Made by a program: the position numbers and the translations under genes
Shown here: in pieces, positions 20,557 to 30,327 of the stretch
Layout: every line of letters begins with the position of its first letter
How positions within the stretch are numbered: position 1 is the first letter of the stretch
Notes under the pieces: generated by a model
What the model was told of the DNA's origin: nothing
The model's database searches: none
Seen by the model: only the letters and a program-made list of their open reading frames with translations
Assembly: GCA_014654035.1 (NCBI GenBank)
Contig: JACWDQ010000005.1
Location: forward strand, 2,343 to 66,342
Source: Pelagibacterales bacterium SAG-MED19
Lineage (GTDB): Bacteria > Pseudomonadota > Alphaproteobacteria > Pelagibacterales > Pelagibacteraceae
Length of the DNA stretch: 64,000 nucleotides
Direction of reading: 5' to 3'

Positions 20557-22038
20557 TTAACCCATTGTAAAAGGGTCAGACATTGGTTTGTCCGATGAAT
20601 TATACCATGTAGTTTTTATTCTGGTATACTCTTTTATAGATTCAATGCCAGCTTCCTTACCATATCCACTATCCTTGATACCACCAAATGGAGCCATTGG
20701 AGAAATTAATCTATAAGTATTTATAAAAACTATACCAGCACGTATAGCTTCAGATACTCTTAAACCACGTGCAAAGTTTGAGGTATAAACTCCTGATGAA
20801 AGTCCATATTTATTATCATTCATTTTATTTATCACTTCATCTTCTTTATCAAATCTCATAACTGATAATATTGGACCAAACAATTCATTTTCTGCAACAG
20901 GAAGATTGTGATTATCACATTCTATAATTGTTGCTGGGAAGTAATATCCTTTATTTGAAACAGAGGATCTTTTTCCACCACATCTTACTTTTCCACCTTG
21001 CTCAATGGTTGCTTTAATATTTTTTTCAATATTTTCTAATTGTTTAAAACTATTTAAGGGTCCCATTTGAGTATCTTTTTCCATTGGACCACCTAATTTT
21101 ATTTTTTCAGCTTTAGAAATTAATTTTTTTAAAAATTCATCATAAATGCTTGATTGTAAATAAAGCCTAGATCCTGCAATGCAACTTTGACCACTTGCTC
21201 CAAATATTCCTGCAGTTATCCCATTTAAAGCATTTTCTTGATCTGCATCATCAAATACAACAACCGGACTCTTTCCACCAAGTTCTAAACTTACTTGAGA
21301 TAAATTTTCAGCAGAGTTTTTTACAATATGTTTTGCAGTTTCAGGTCCACCAGTAAAAGCTATTCTTTCCACAAGATTGTGCGTAGTCAAAGATTTACCA
21401 CAAGGTTCACCTAAACCAGTAATTATATTGACTACTCCTTTTGGTATTCCAGCTTTATCAATTATTTTTGCAAACTCTAAAAGAGTTACGGGAGCAAGTT
21501 CAGATGCTTTAATCACAACAGTATTTCCCATAGCAAGAGCAGGAGCTAGTTTAACAGCTGTTAATAGCATTTGAGAATTCCAAGGAATAATTGCAGCCAC
21601 AACTCCAATGGGTATTCTTGTGGTAGTAACTTGCATATCGGGTTTATCGATTGGAACAACAGTTCCCTCTACTTTGTCAGCTAAACCTGCAAAATAATCA
21701 TAATATTCTGCAATATAATTTGCTTGAGTTTTCGTTTCCCTAAAAAGTTTTCCAGTATCTATTGTTTCTATTTTTCCAAGATGTTCTGCGTTAGCTCTTA
21801 GTTGATCAGCAATTAGTCTTAAGTACTTTGCTCTTTCTCTTGGATGAATTTTAGACCAATCATTTTCAAAAGCTTTTTGTGCTGATTGAACAGCTTTATC
21901 TACATCTTTTTCATTAGCTTCAGGAACAGTTGCCCAAACTTCATTGTTTTCTGGATTTAATGTTTCAATCTTTTTTCCAGTAGATGAATCAACCCATTCA
22001 CCATTAATATACATTTTAAAGTCTTGAATTTTTGTCAT
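20557..22038 (-). CDS. Aldehyde dehydrogenase (TgnC-like by context)
   Basis: IIPWN, FTGG, LELGGKSP, catalytic Cys in GQSCIAG, ELFGP. Confidence 0.85.
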   Translation of the reverse strand: MTKIQDFKMYINGEWVDSSTGKKIETLNPENNEVWATVPEANEKDVDKAVQSAQKAFENDWSKIHPRERAKYLRLIADQLRANAEHLGKIETIDTGKLFRETKTQANYIAEYYDYFAGLADKVEGTVVPIDKPDMQVTTTRIPIGVVAAIIPWNSQMLLTAVKLAPALAMGNTVVIKASELAPVTLLEFAKIIDKAGIPKGVVNIITGLGEPCGKSLTTHNLVERIAFTGGPETAKHIVKNSAENLSQVSLELGGKSPVVVFDDADQENALNGITAGIFGASGQSCIAGSRLYLQSSIYDEFLKKLISKAEKIKLGGPMEKDTQMGPLNSFKQLENIEKNIKATIEQGGKVRCGGKRSSVSNKGYYFPATIIECDNHNLPVAENELFGPILSVMRFDKEDEVINKMNDNKYGLSSGVYTSNFARGLRVSEAIRAGIVFINTYRLISPMAPFGGIKDSGYGKEAGIESIKEYTRIKTTWYNSSDKPMSDPFTMG

Positions 22039-22821
22039 TTAATTATTAATAAATTTTTTAATATTCATATTAACATCATCTACACATTCTATACTACAAA
22101 GATGTTTTCCGTTTTTGATTTCAATATAAGTAGAGTTAACAAGGTCTTTAACCAATTCTTTAGACATTGTTGGTGTTGAACCAATATCATCTGAGCCAGT
22201 CATCACCAAAGTTTTTATGTCAATTTTTTTTATAGCTTCAAAATCATCGTAATGATTAGCAAATAGTTCATAGGCTTTAAGAAAATTTTTATGATCCTCT
22301 GGTTTTTTATTTAAGATATTTATAAATAAATCATACGTTTTTGGATTTTCTTTCAGATATCCATCACTAAACCATCTTTTTATCGCTTGTTTAGATATAG
22401 GCTTATTTAATTTTGCTTGGTTATATCTATCTAATACAAGAGATCTCTCTTGATCTGATCTTTTATAAGTTGTGCCAATTAATATAAGTTTTTCAACTTT
22501 TTTTAAATATCGTGAGGTAAAATCTAGTGCAATTAAGGAGCCCAAAGAAAAACCTATGAGATTTATTTTGTCTATTTTTAGATAATTTAAAAGATCTAAA
22601 AGTTGATCTGAAAAATCTTTAAGACTTAACTTTTCTTTATTATATGGGGTTTTTCCATGACCTAATAAATCATAAGTCAAAATTGAAAATTCATTTAAGT
22701 AGTTTACTTGAGCATCCCACATTTGATGATCTAAACCAACTCCATGGACAAATACAACAGGGATAGAATTTTTTTTATTAAAAAAATAATAATTTTGATT
22801 TGGATCAAAATTTTGAGACAT
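22039..22821 (-). CDS. Alpha/beta hydrolase (TgnD/PcaD-like)
   Basis: HGVG, YDLLGHG, GFSLG nucleophile elbow, C-terminal His (GKHL). Confidence 0.85.
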   Translation of the reverse strand: MSQNFDPNQNYYFFNKKNSIPVVFVHGVGLDHQMWDAQVNYLNEFSILTYDLLGHGKTPYNKEKLSLKDFSDQLLDLLNYLKIDKINLIGFSLGSLIALDFTSRYLKKVEKLILIGTTYKRSDQERSLVLDRYNQAKLNKPISKQAIKRWFSDGYLKENPKTYDLFINILNKKPEDHKNFLKAYELFANHYDDFEAIKKIDIKTLVMTGSDDIGSTPTMSKELVKDLVNSTYIEIKNGKHLCSIECVDDVNMNIKKFINN

Positions 22822-22825
22822 GAAA

Positions 22826-23413
22826 TTATTTAGGATCTAGTCCCATTTCTTTCATATCTTGATATCGGTCTCCAGTTCGTGCGTGAGCTCTTCCACTTGA
22901 TGCCCCACCTATTGCGATTACTATTTCATTGTCAAAAGGAGCATCATGAATTGTAAACTCATGAGTTAGGTAATATGGTCTCAAGCCTGAGTCTATTTTA
23001 TGCATCATTGGAATAGATATTTTAGAACCAGCTGGGCCTCTTGTATTAGTAAAACTTAAATATGAAGTACCACCAACAGCATCTCTAAATTTATTTCCAA
23101 ATCTTAAAGTATGAATAAAAGCTGAAGCATGTTCTATCTCACCATTTAGTCCAACTGTTCCGGCTTTACCATAAGCTAAAATTTTTTTAGGAGATCCAAT
23201 TTCATTAATTAACTCTGGGACCAAAATATCACCAAGCTTTGGAGCTAAATCTAAAATGATTGGTTTCAGGTCTTCTACAAATCCCTGACCAGTCCAAGGG
23301 TTTTTAAAAACTGCTGCTACTGAAACAAGTAAAACTGGTTCCTTAGCTTCTTTTCCACCTTCGATGAAAGTTTTATCAACAAACTTTGTAAACTTTCTTA
23401 ATTCAAGTTTCAC
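22826..23413 (-). CDS. DUF1185 'amino acid synthesis' family protein
   Basis: NPW.G, AYGKA..VG.NGEIEH, DAP..NEIV, GR.HAR.GDR. Confidence 0.8.
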   Translation of the reverse strand: MKLELRKFTKFVDKTFIEGGKEAKEPVLLVSVAAVFKNPWTGQGFVEDLKPIILDLAPKLGDILVPELINEIGSPKKILAYGKAGTVGLNGEIEHASAFIHTLRFGNKFRDAVGGTSYLSFTNTRGPAGSKISIPMMHKIDSGLRPYYLTHEFTIHDAPFDNEIVIAIGGASSGRAHARTGDRYQDMKEMGLDPK

Positions 23414-24579
23414 TAACTAGCTTTCTCTACTTTGTCATTATCAAAATTAATTTTTGGTATCACTTCGTCATTAAACAGCTTTATACTTCTCATACAAGCT
23501 TTGTGATCGATGCCTGGAAAGTTTGACCAAACTTGCAAATTTTGTAAATTTAATTCTGATTTTAATTCATTTATTTTATTTACCACATATTCAGGAGTAC
23601 CAAATAATAAATTTCTTTTATGTAAAAAATCATAATTTAAAAGATCTAGTTTATGTTCGGTCTCTGGTAGTTCTTCACCAGGATCCATGTGATTGCCCAA
23701 ACCTCTCCAATGACATACCCACTTCATATAATTAATAATATGTTCACCAGCCATTTTTTCTGCCTCTTCCATAGTTTCTGCAACAAACATATCTCTCACT
23801 AAAGATATACCTTCACCTAATGGTACTTCTCTATTTTCTGCTTTAGATTTTGCTTCTTGGTATATTTCAAATCTTTTCTTTAATGCCTTTACAGTTGGAA
23901 TCCACATTATAGTGTTAAGTCCATTTTGAGCTGCCCACTCAATAGATCTAGCTCCATCAACAACTTGCCATATTGGAGGATGAGGAGCTTGTTTTGGTTT
24001 TGGGACGATACTTATTTTTTTGATTTCATTTGTTTTTGTATCCAAAAACTTTTCACTTGGTGGACTCATATCATGTTGCCAAACAAAATTTGGTGACGGA
24101 TAAGTATAAAATTCTCCCTTGTGACTAAAAAATTCTTCAGTCCAAGCTTTTTTCATAATTGTTAAAGACTCTTCAAATAATCTAAAATTTTTTGCTTGAT
24201 CTTTCAAATCTGCCTCTTTATTCATATTAATAGCTTCTCTACCATAAATTCCTCTACCAATACCGACATCAACTCTCCCACCTGATAGTTGATCTAGTAA
24301 CGCTATGTCTTCAGCTAGACGAATTGGGTTATGAAATGTGATTACATTACAAGCTTGTCCAATTCTAATTTGTTTTGTTCTGGCTGCAGCATCAACCCCC
24401 ATCATTAATGGGTTAGTACAGGACTCCATCCCCTCATGATTAAAATGGTGTTCAGTGTACCAAATTGAATTCCAATTATTTTCATCACAATAAGTAGTGA
24501 TCTCTTTAGTTTCATCTAATAATTGATTATAGGGCTTATGATCCCAGTTTGTGGTATTGCAAAAATATCCAAATTTCAT
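23413..24579 (-). CDS. Luciferase-like (LLM) flavin-dependent monooxygenase
   Basis: WYTEHHF, AARTKQIRIG, PIRLAEDIALLDQLSGGRVDVGIGRG; AGGAGG RBS upstream. Confidence 0.9.
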   Translation of the reverse strand: MKFGYFCNTTNWDHKPYNQLLDETKEITTYCDENNWNSIWYTEHHFNHEGMESCTNPLMMGVDAAARTKQIRIGQACNVITFHNPIRLAEDIALLDQLSGGRVDVGIGRGIYGREAINMNKEADLKDQAKNFRLFEESLTIMKKAWTEEFFSHKGEFYTYPSPNFVWQHDMSPPSEKFLDTKTNEIKKISIVPKPKQAPHPPIWQVVDGARSIEWAAQNGLNTIMWIPTVKALKKRFEIYQEAKSKAENREVPLGEGISLVRDMFVAETMEEAEKMAGEHIINYMKWVCHWRGLGNHMDPGEELPETEHKLDLLNYDFLHKRNLLFGTPEYVVNKINELKSELNLQNLQVWSNFPGIDHKACMRSIKLFNDEVIPKINFDNDKVEKAS

Positions 24580-24668
24580 TCGAACCTCCTTAAATAATTA
24601 AATCTAAGACGATTGATCCCACTTTCGTATTTTGTAAATATCGACGAGTTATGTATCGCTCAAATAGA

Positions 24669-24697
24669 ACTGTAATTTAACTAGACTATTTAATCAA
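24669..24697 (-). promoter_or_regulatory. Putative promoter of the LLM cassette
   Basis: TTGATT-N17-TACAGT on minus strand, implying a roughly 80-nt leader. Confidence 0.45.
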
Positions 24698-24719
24698 TAT
24701 ATATTTAATCAAGCTTTAA

Positions 24720-25463
24720 ATGAAATTAACCAAGATAGAACCAAAATATATAAAAAAACATAACCCAAGAGTAGGTTTAATTACTTTAGCTAGTGACTTT
24801 AGAATCGAAAAAGATTTTAATAACGTAATTTATGGTAAAGGCATAGATTTATATTGTAACAGAATTCATTGTTATAATCCCTTAACAAATGAAACTCTAA
24901 AAAAAATGGCAGATGATATACCTAAAGTTACAAAAGATATTTTGCCTGACCAAAAACTTGATTGTGTAGCATACGGTTGCACTTCAGGAACAATTGCAGC
25001 AGGGTATCAATCAGTCTTTGATAGAGTTAATTTGGCAAAACCAAACACTAAAGTTACAACACCAATAACATCAGCAATAAATGCACTGAAAATTCTAAAG
25101 ATAAAAAAATTATCAATTTTTACTCCATACACAGATGAAATAAACCAATCAGTAATTAATTATTTTAAAAAAGAAAATATAGAAATTACTCAACTAACTT
25201 ATTTCGATATAGCTTCTGATTTAGATATAGGAAAAGTTGATCCTGAACATTTATTTGATGTTCTTAGCAAAATAGATTTATCAAATAGTGATGCATTATT
25301 TGTTTCTTGTACTGCTTTACCTGTATTATCGATAATCAAAGATTTAGAAAAAAAAAATGGTAAAATTGTTTTATCAAGTAATCAAACTTTAATTTGGGAT
25401 ACTCTTAAAAATATCAACTATAATAATAAAGTTGAAGGTTTTGGTAAATTATTTAATAATTAA
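24720..25463 (+). CDS. Asp/Glu racemase / maleate isomerase family (EutA-like)
   Basis: Two catalytic Cys: YGCTSG and VSCTAL; TPY; SSNQ. Confidence 0.85.
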   Translation: MKLTKIEPKYIKKHNPRVGLITLASDFRIEKDFNNVIYGKGIDLYCNRIHCYNPLTNETLKKMADDIPKVTKDILPDQKLDCVAYGCTSGTIAAGYQSVFDRVNLAKPNTKVTTPITSAINALKILKIKKLSIFTPYTDEINQSVINYFKKENIEITQLTYFDIASDLDIGKVDPEHLFDVLSKIDLSNSDALFVSCTALPVLSIIKDLEKKNGKIVLSSNQTLIWDTLKNINYNNKVEGFGKLFNN

Positions 25464-25466
25464 ATA

Positions 25467-26636
25467 ATGAATTTTACTAACGAAGAATACAAATCAAGAT
25501 TAAAAAAAGTTCAAGCTTCAATGCAAAAAAAAGGTATTGAACTTTTAATTTCACAAGACCCATCTAATATGAACTATTTAACTGGGTATGATGCCTGGTC
25601 ATTTTATTACGCCCAATGTGTAATAGTACATGTTAGTGCAGATGAACCAATCTGTTTTGTAAGAAATCAAGATGCAGGCGGTGCCTATATTAAAACTTAT
25701 CTAAAAGATGAAAATATAATTAAGTATCATGAGAAATATATTCATACTTGGCCACTTCATCCTTACGATGCACTTGTAGATCTTATTAAAGAGAGAAAGT
25801 GGGATAAGCTTTCTATTGGGCTAGAAATGGATAGTCATTATTTCACAGCTTATTGTTATGAAAAAATTAAACAAGGTTTGCCAAATGCTAAAGTTTTAGA
25901 TTGTGAAAGATTAGTCAATTGGGTGAGAGTTGTTAAATCAGATGCTGAAATAAAATTTATGAAAGCAGCAGCTCAAATTACTGAATTGGGAATGAAGAAA
26001 GCTTTTGAAACTATAAATCCTGGAGTTAGACAATGCGATGCAGTTTCAGAAATTTATACTACATTAATAAAAGGAACACCTGAATTTGGGGGAGATTATT
26101 CATCTATTGTTCCAATGATACCAACTGGAAAAGGTACATCGGCTTCACACCTAACATGGTCAGAAGATAAATTTGTAGAGGGAGAAGCTACAATTATTGA
26201 ATTATCAGGAGTTAATAAAAAATATCATTGCCCTATGGCTCGAACAGTTTTGCTAGGTAAACCTGATCAAAAGAAAATTGATACAATGAAGAAAACAAAT
26301 GAAGCACTTCAAGCTGGCATTGATTTAGTCAAAGCGGGCAATACTGCTGATGATGTTGCCCAAGCTTTTTGGAAAATATTAGATAAGTATGGAATTGAAA
26401 AAACTTCAAGAACTGGATATTCAATTGGTATCGGTTATCCACCAGACTGGGGAGAACACACTTTAAATATATCAAAAGGTGATATGACTGTGTTACAACC
26501 TAACGTTACTTTTCATATGATTGCAGTAATGCAATTTGGAAATTGGGGAGTAGAGGCCTCTGAAGCCATTAGAGTTACTGATAAAGGTTTTGAACTATTT
26601 TGTAATTTTTCCAAGGAACTTCATATTAAAAGCTAA
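25467..26636 (+). CDS. M24-fold ectoine hydrolase-like protein (EutD/DoeA family)
   Basis: NMNYLTGYDAWSFY, LVNW.R.VKS, YHCPMART, GYSIGIGYPPDWGE. Confidence 0.8.
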   Translation: MNFTNEEYKSRLKKVQASMQKKGIELLISQDPSNMNYLTGYDAWSFYYAQCVIVHVSADEPICFVRNQDAGGAYIKTYLKDENIIKYHEKYIHTWPLHPYDALVDLIKERKWDKLSIGLEMDSHYFTAYCYEKIKQGLPNAKVLDCERLVNWVRVVKSDAEIKFMKAAAQITELGMKKAFETINPGVRQCDAVSEIYTTLIKGTPEFGGDYSSIVPMIPTGKGTSASHLTWSEDKFVEGEATIIELSGVNKKYHCPMARTVLLGKPDQKKIDTMKKTNEALQAGIDLVKAGNTADDVAQAFWKILDKYGIEKTSRTGYSIGIGYPPDWGEHTLNISKGDMTVLQPNVTFHMIAVMQFGNWGVEASEAIRVTDKGFELFCNFSKELHIKS

Positions 26637-26692
26637 TTATTAGGGGTTGATATTTATTCTCACAAATGTTTTAAATTCATTAAATTATTACA

Positions 26693-27772
26693 ATGAACAA
26701 AGAATTCGTCAAATTTGATAAAGTAGATAAAAGTTATGATGGTAAAATACTAGTTGTAAAAGATCTTCAATTAGATATTGAAGAAGGTGAGTTTGTTACA
26801 ATGTTAGGACCTTCTGGTTCTGGTAAAACTACTTGTCTAATGATGTTAGCAGGATTTGAAACGCCAACTCATGGTGAAATTTATTTAGATGGAAGAGCAA
26901 TATCAAGTATTCCACCCCACAAAAGAGGTATTGGAATGGTGTTCCAAAACTATGCTTTGTTCCCTCATATGACAGTTTATGAAAATTTAGCATTTCCATT
27001 AAGAGTTAGAAAAATTCCAAAAGATGAAGCAGATAAAAAAATTGATAAAGCATTATCAATGGTATCACTACAAGGTTTTGCTGACAGAATGCCAGGTCAG
27101 CTGTCAGGTGGACAACAACAAAGGGTAGCAGTTGCAAGATCTTTAGTGTTTGATCCACAGCTAGTTTTAATGGATGAACCTCTAGGTGCTTTAGATAAAA
27201 ATTTAAGAGAGAGTATGCAATATGAGATTAAACATATTCATGAAAGTATTGGTGTTACAGTTGTTTATGTTACCCATGATCAAAGTGAAGCTTTAACAAT
27301 GTCAAATCGTATCGCTGTATTCAATGATGGTAAAGTTCAACAACTATCAAGTCCTGATGAGCTTTATGAAAAACCAGTTAATTCTTTTGTTGCAGAATTT
27401 ATTGGTGAAAACAATACGTTTGCTGGTGAGGTTTCAGATATTTCAGGTGGAAAATGTAAAGTAAAAGTAGCTAACACAGAAATATTAGCAAATCCTATAT
27501 CAGTAAAAAGCAAAGGAGAAAAAACAAAAATTTCTTTAAGACCCGAAAGAGCCTTGATAAATCCAAGTGATAAAATGGATAACATTCATTCTGGAAAAAT
27601 TGAAGAAGTGATATATCACGGAGATCATACAAGAGTTCGAATTAATGTCTTGGGTAACAATCAATTTATTCTGAAAGTTCCAAATAGTTCAGCTAATATG
27701 GACATCAAACTTGGTAAAGATATTAAAATTGGCTGGAATAGTGACGATGCTAGAGCTTTAGACCCTAAGTAA
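26693..27772 (+). CDS. potA: PotA-type ABC transporter ATPase
   Basis: GPSGSGKTT, VFQNYALFPHM, LSGGQQQR, DEPLGALD; TOBE C-terminus. Confidence 0.9.
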   Translation: MNKEFVKFDKVDKSYDGKILVVKDLQLDIEEGEFVTMLGPSGSGKTTCLMMLAGFETPTHGEIYLDGRAISSIPPHKRGIGMVFQNYALFPHMTVYENLAFPLRVRKIPKDEADKKIDKALSMVSLQGFADRMPGQLSGGQQQRVAVARSLVFDPQLVLMDEPLGALDKNLRESMQYEIKHIHESIGVTVVYVTHDQSEALTMSNRIAVFNDGKVQQLSSPDELYEKPVNSFVAEFIGENNTFAGEVSDISGGKCKVKVANTEILANPISVKSKGEKTKISLRPERALINPSDKMDNIHSGKIEEVIYHGDHTRVRINVLGNNQFILKVPNSSANMDIKLGKDIKIGWNSDDARALDPK

Positions 27773-27812
27773 TATTTACTATATATATCATTAAATTAAG
27801 CAAAATGGGCTG

Positions 27813-27841
27813 TTGACTCTCTTAGTTGATCTTGTTGTAAT
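27813..27841 (+). promoter_or_regulatory. Internal promoter for the solute-binding protein
   Basis: TTGACT-N17-TGTAAT; GGAGG RBS at 27867-27871. Confidence 0.65.
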
Positions 27842-27875
27842 CTCTTTTTTAAAAAAACGTTTAAACGGAGGAAAA

Positions 27876-28997
27876 ATGAAAACAATTAGTAAATTATTAC
27901 TAGCTATTTCTTTTGCTATCTCTGTAACTACTTCAGCATTTGCAGTAACTGCAGTGTCTTGGGGTGGAGCTTACACAGAGTCTCAAAAGTTAGGTTATGG
28001 TGATCCTACTGCTAAGAAACTTGGTATAGAAATTAACTGGGTTGATTATTCAGGTGGATTATCTGAGATCAAAGCACAAAAAGAAGCTGGCGCAATTACG
28101 TGGGATATTATTGACGTATTTGCAATGGATACTATCAATGGATGTGACGAAGGATTATTTGTTGAATTCGATTTTGACAAAGACTTCCCACCTGCACCAG
28201 ATGGAACTCCTGCAAGTAAAGATTTCTTTACTTCAATGCCAAGTAAATGTGCTGTAGGAAATATTTTATATTCTTGGAACTACGCTTACAACAAAAATAA
28301 TGTTAAAGGCACTCCGAAGACTATCAAAGATTTCTTTAACACTAAAAAATTCCCTGGAAAAAGAGCTATCTACACAAGTGCTTTAACGAACTTAGAGATC
28401 GCTTTAGCTGCAGATGGTATTAAACCAGGAAAAGGTGGAGCAAAAATCTACAAAGCTTTAGAAACAGAAAAAGGTGTTGAAAGAGCTATGAACAAGATCA
28501 AAGAATTATGTACAGATCCAAAAGGTGGATGTGTATTTTGGTCTGCAGGTGCTCAACCGCCAGAACTATTAGTTTCAGGTGAAGTTGTAATGGCTACAGG
28601 TTGGAATGGTAGATTCTTCAATGCAGAAGTTGGAGAAGGTGCACCAATCGTACAAGTATGGGATGGACAAGGTCTTGACTACGAATATTTCGTTCAAGTT
28701 AAGGGTGGACCAAACGATGCTAATGGTAAAGCTAAGAAAGCTTTAGCTATGATGACTAGTACAGAAATGTTAGCTGGAAGTGCAAAATACATTGCATACG
28801 CTCCTTGGAGAAAATCTTCTATAGCGATTATGGAAGCAGGAGAGCCTTGGTATAAAGATGGTAAGACTAATATGGTACCACAAATGCCAACAGCACCACA
28901 AAACACTAAAAACTATTTCTTAGTTGACCCTATCTTCTGGGCTGACAATGGAACTGAGCTTGGTGAGAAGTGGGAAGCTATGAAAGCTGGACTATAA
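27876..28997 (+). CDS. potD: PotD-family ABC solute-binding protein
   Basis: Signal peptide from ATG 27876, VSWGGAY, DFFNTKKFPGKR, WNGR; substrate not determinable from sequence. Confidence 0.85.
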   Translation: MKTISKLLLAISFAISVTTSAFAVTAVSWGGAYTESQKLGYGDPTAKKLGIEINWVDYSGGLSEIKAQKEAGAITWDIIDVFAMDTINGCDEGLFVEFDFDKDFPPAPDGTPASKDFFTSMPSKCAVGNILYSWNYAYNKNNVKGTPKTIKDFFNTKKFPGKRAIYTSALTNLEIALAADGIKPGKGGAKIYKALETEKGVERAMNKIKELCTDPKGGCVFWSAGAQPPELLVSGEVVMATGWNGRFFNAEVGEGAPIVQVWDGQGLDYEYFVQVKGGPNDANGKAKKALAMMTSTEMLAGSAKYIAYAPWRKSSIAIMEAGEPWYKDGKTNMVPQMPTAPQNTKNYFLVDPIFWADNGTELGEKWEAMKAGL

Positions 28998-29034
28998 TTT
29001 AAGTTTTATTAAACTTAATTATATATTATAATTT

Positions 29035-29068
29035 AAGGGCGGTTATTTAATAACCGCCCTTTTTATTT
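29035..29068 (+). terminator. Intrinsic terminator / mRNA-stabilising hairpin after the SBP gene
   Basis: AAGGGCGGTTATT-T-AATAACCGCCCTT followed by TTTATTT. Confidence 0.85.
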
Positions 29069-30322
29069 ATGAGCTCAGAAACACAAAAAATTTTAACAAC
29101 TGATGGAATACCCTTAGAGGTAAGTCTAAAGAAAGCTGAAAGAAGAAATAAGATAAAAGCTTTCCTACTTGTTGCGCCTTTACTATTATTTTTAATTATT
29201 ACCTACGTTTTTCCAATTGGTGACATGCTTATGAGAAGCGTCGATGATAAAATGGTAACTGAAATGCTTCCCAAAACATTTAAAGCAATGGAAAAGTGGG
29301 ATGGTAAAGAATTACCTGAGGAAGAAGTTTTTGCAGCTTTTCACGAAGATTTTAAAAAATTAGTAGAGGAAAAACGAGAGGGTAAATTATCAACACAGCT
29401 AAATTATACGAAGAATGGTTTTAAAAGTATTATAAAAAAATTAAGAAGGAAATCAAAATCCTTTGAAGAAGGAAATTATAAAGAACAGATAATGGCAGTC
29501 CATAAGAGATGGGCAGATGTTGAATATTGGAAAGCAATCAAACGAAGAGCTCCAGCAATTACTGGTCAGAAATATCTAAAAGGTATGGACATGTATAAGA
29601 ATGAAAGTGGAGAAATAGTCAGTGTTGAGGAAGATAGAAGAATACATAGAATTTTATGGCTTAGAACTTTAGAAATTGCATTCTTTGTAACCCTGTTTTG
29701 TTTTTTGATGGCCTATCCCATAGCTCATTTGTTAGCTACTTTGCCAATGAAGTACAGTAACTTACTAATGATCTGTGTACTGCTTCCGTTTTGGACATCA
29801 TTACTTGTAAGAACAGCTAGTTGGATGATTTTGTTGCAACAACAAGGGGTCGTAAATGATTTCTTTGTTTGGATTGGTTTAGTCGCTGACGATGCAAGAC
29901 CAGAAATGATGTACAATAAAACTGGAACATATGTAGCAATGACACAAATTTTATTACCCTTTATGGTTTTACCTCTTTATAGTGTTATGAAAACTATTTC
30001 ACCAAGCTTAATGAGGGCTGGAAAATCATTAGGTGGAACACCAATAGTCGCTTTTTGGAAAGTTTATTTTCCTTTAACAATTCCTGGTATTGGAGCAGGA
30101 TGTTTGTTGTGTTTTATATTAGCAATTGGTTATTATATTACACCTGCTTTAGTTGGAGGTGCTTCAGGTACCCTAATTAGTAACCAAATCGCTTTTCATA
30201 TGAAAAGTACACTGGATTGGAGTTTTGCATCAGCAATGGGCCTAATGTTACTTGCTGGAGTTTTAGCAATTTACTGGGTGTATAATAAGTTGGTTGGAAT
30301 AGATAATATTAAGTTAGGATAA
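29069..30322 (+). CDS. potB: ABC permease PotB-like with large periplasmic insertion
   Basis: LPFWTSLLVR, LPFMVLPLY, EAA-like loop RAGKSLG. Confidence 0.85.
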   Translation: MSSETQKILTTDGIPLEVSLKKAERRNKIKAFLLVAPLLLFLIITYVFPIGDMLMRSVDDKMVTEMLPKTFKAMEKWDGKELPEEEVFAAFHEDFKKLVEEKREGKLSTQLNYTKNGFKSIIKKLRRKSKSFEEGNYKEQIMAVHKRWADVEYWKAIKRRAPAITGQKYLKGMDMYKNESGEIVSVEEDRRIHRILWLRTLEIAFFVTLFCFLMAYPIAHLLATLPMKYSNLLMICVLLPFWTSLLVRTASWMILLQQQGVVNDFFVWIGLVADDARPEMMYNKTGTYVAMTQILLPFMVLPLYSVMKTISPSLMRAGKSLGGTPIVAFWKVYFPLTIPGIGAGCLLCFILAIGYYITPALVGGASGTLISNQIAFHMKSTLDWSFASAMGLMLLAGVLAIYWVYNKLVGIDNIKLG

Positions 30323-30327
30323 ATAGA

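Noticed and set aside
27813-27875. N-terminal extension of the SBP from the TTG start in the ORF track
   Set aside because: The TTG is the -35 hexamer of a promoter; ATG 27876 has a GGAGG RBS and gives a proper signal peptide
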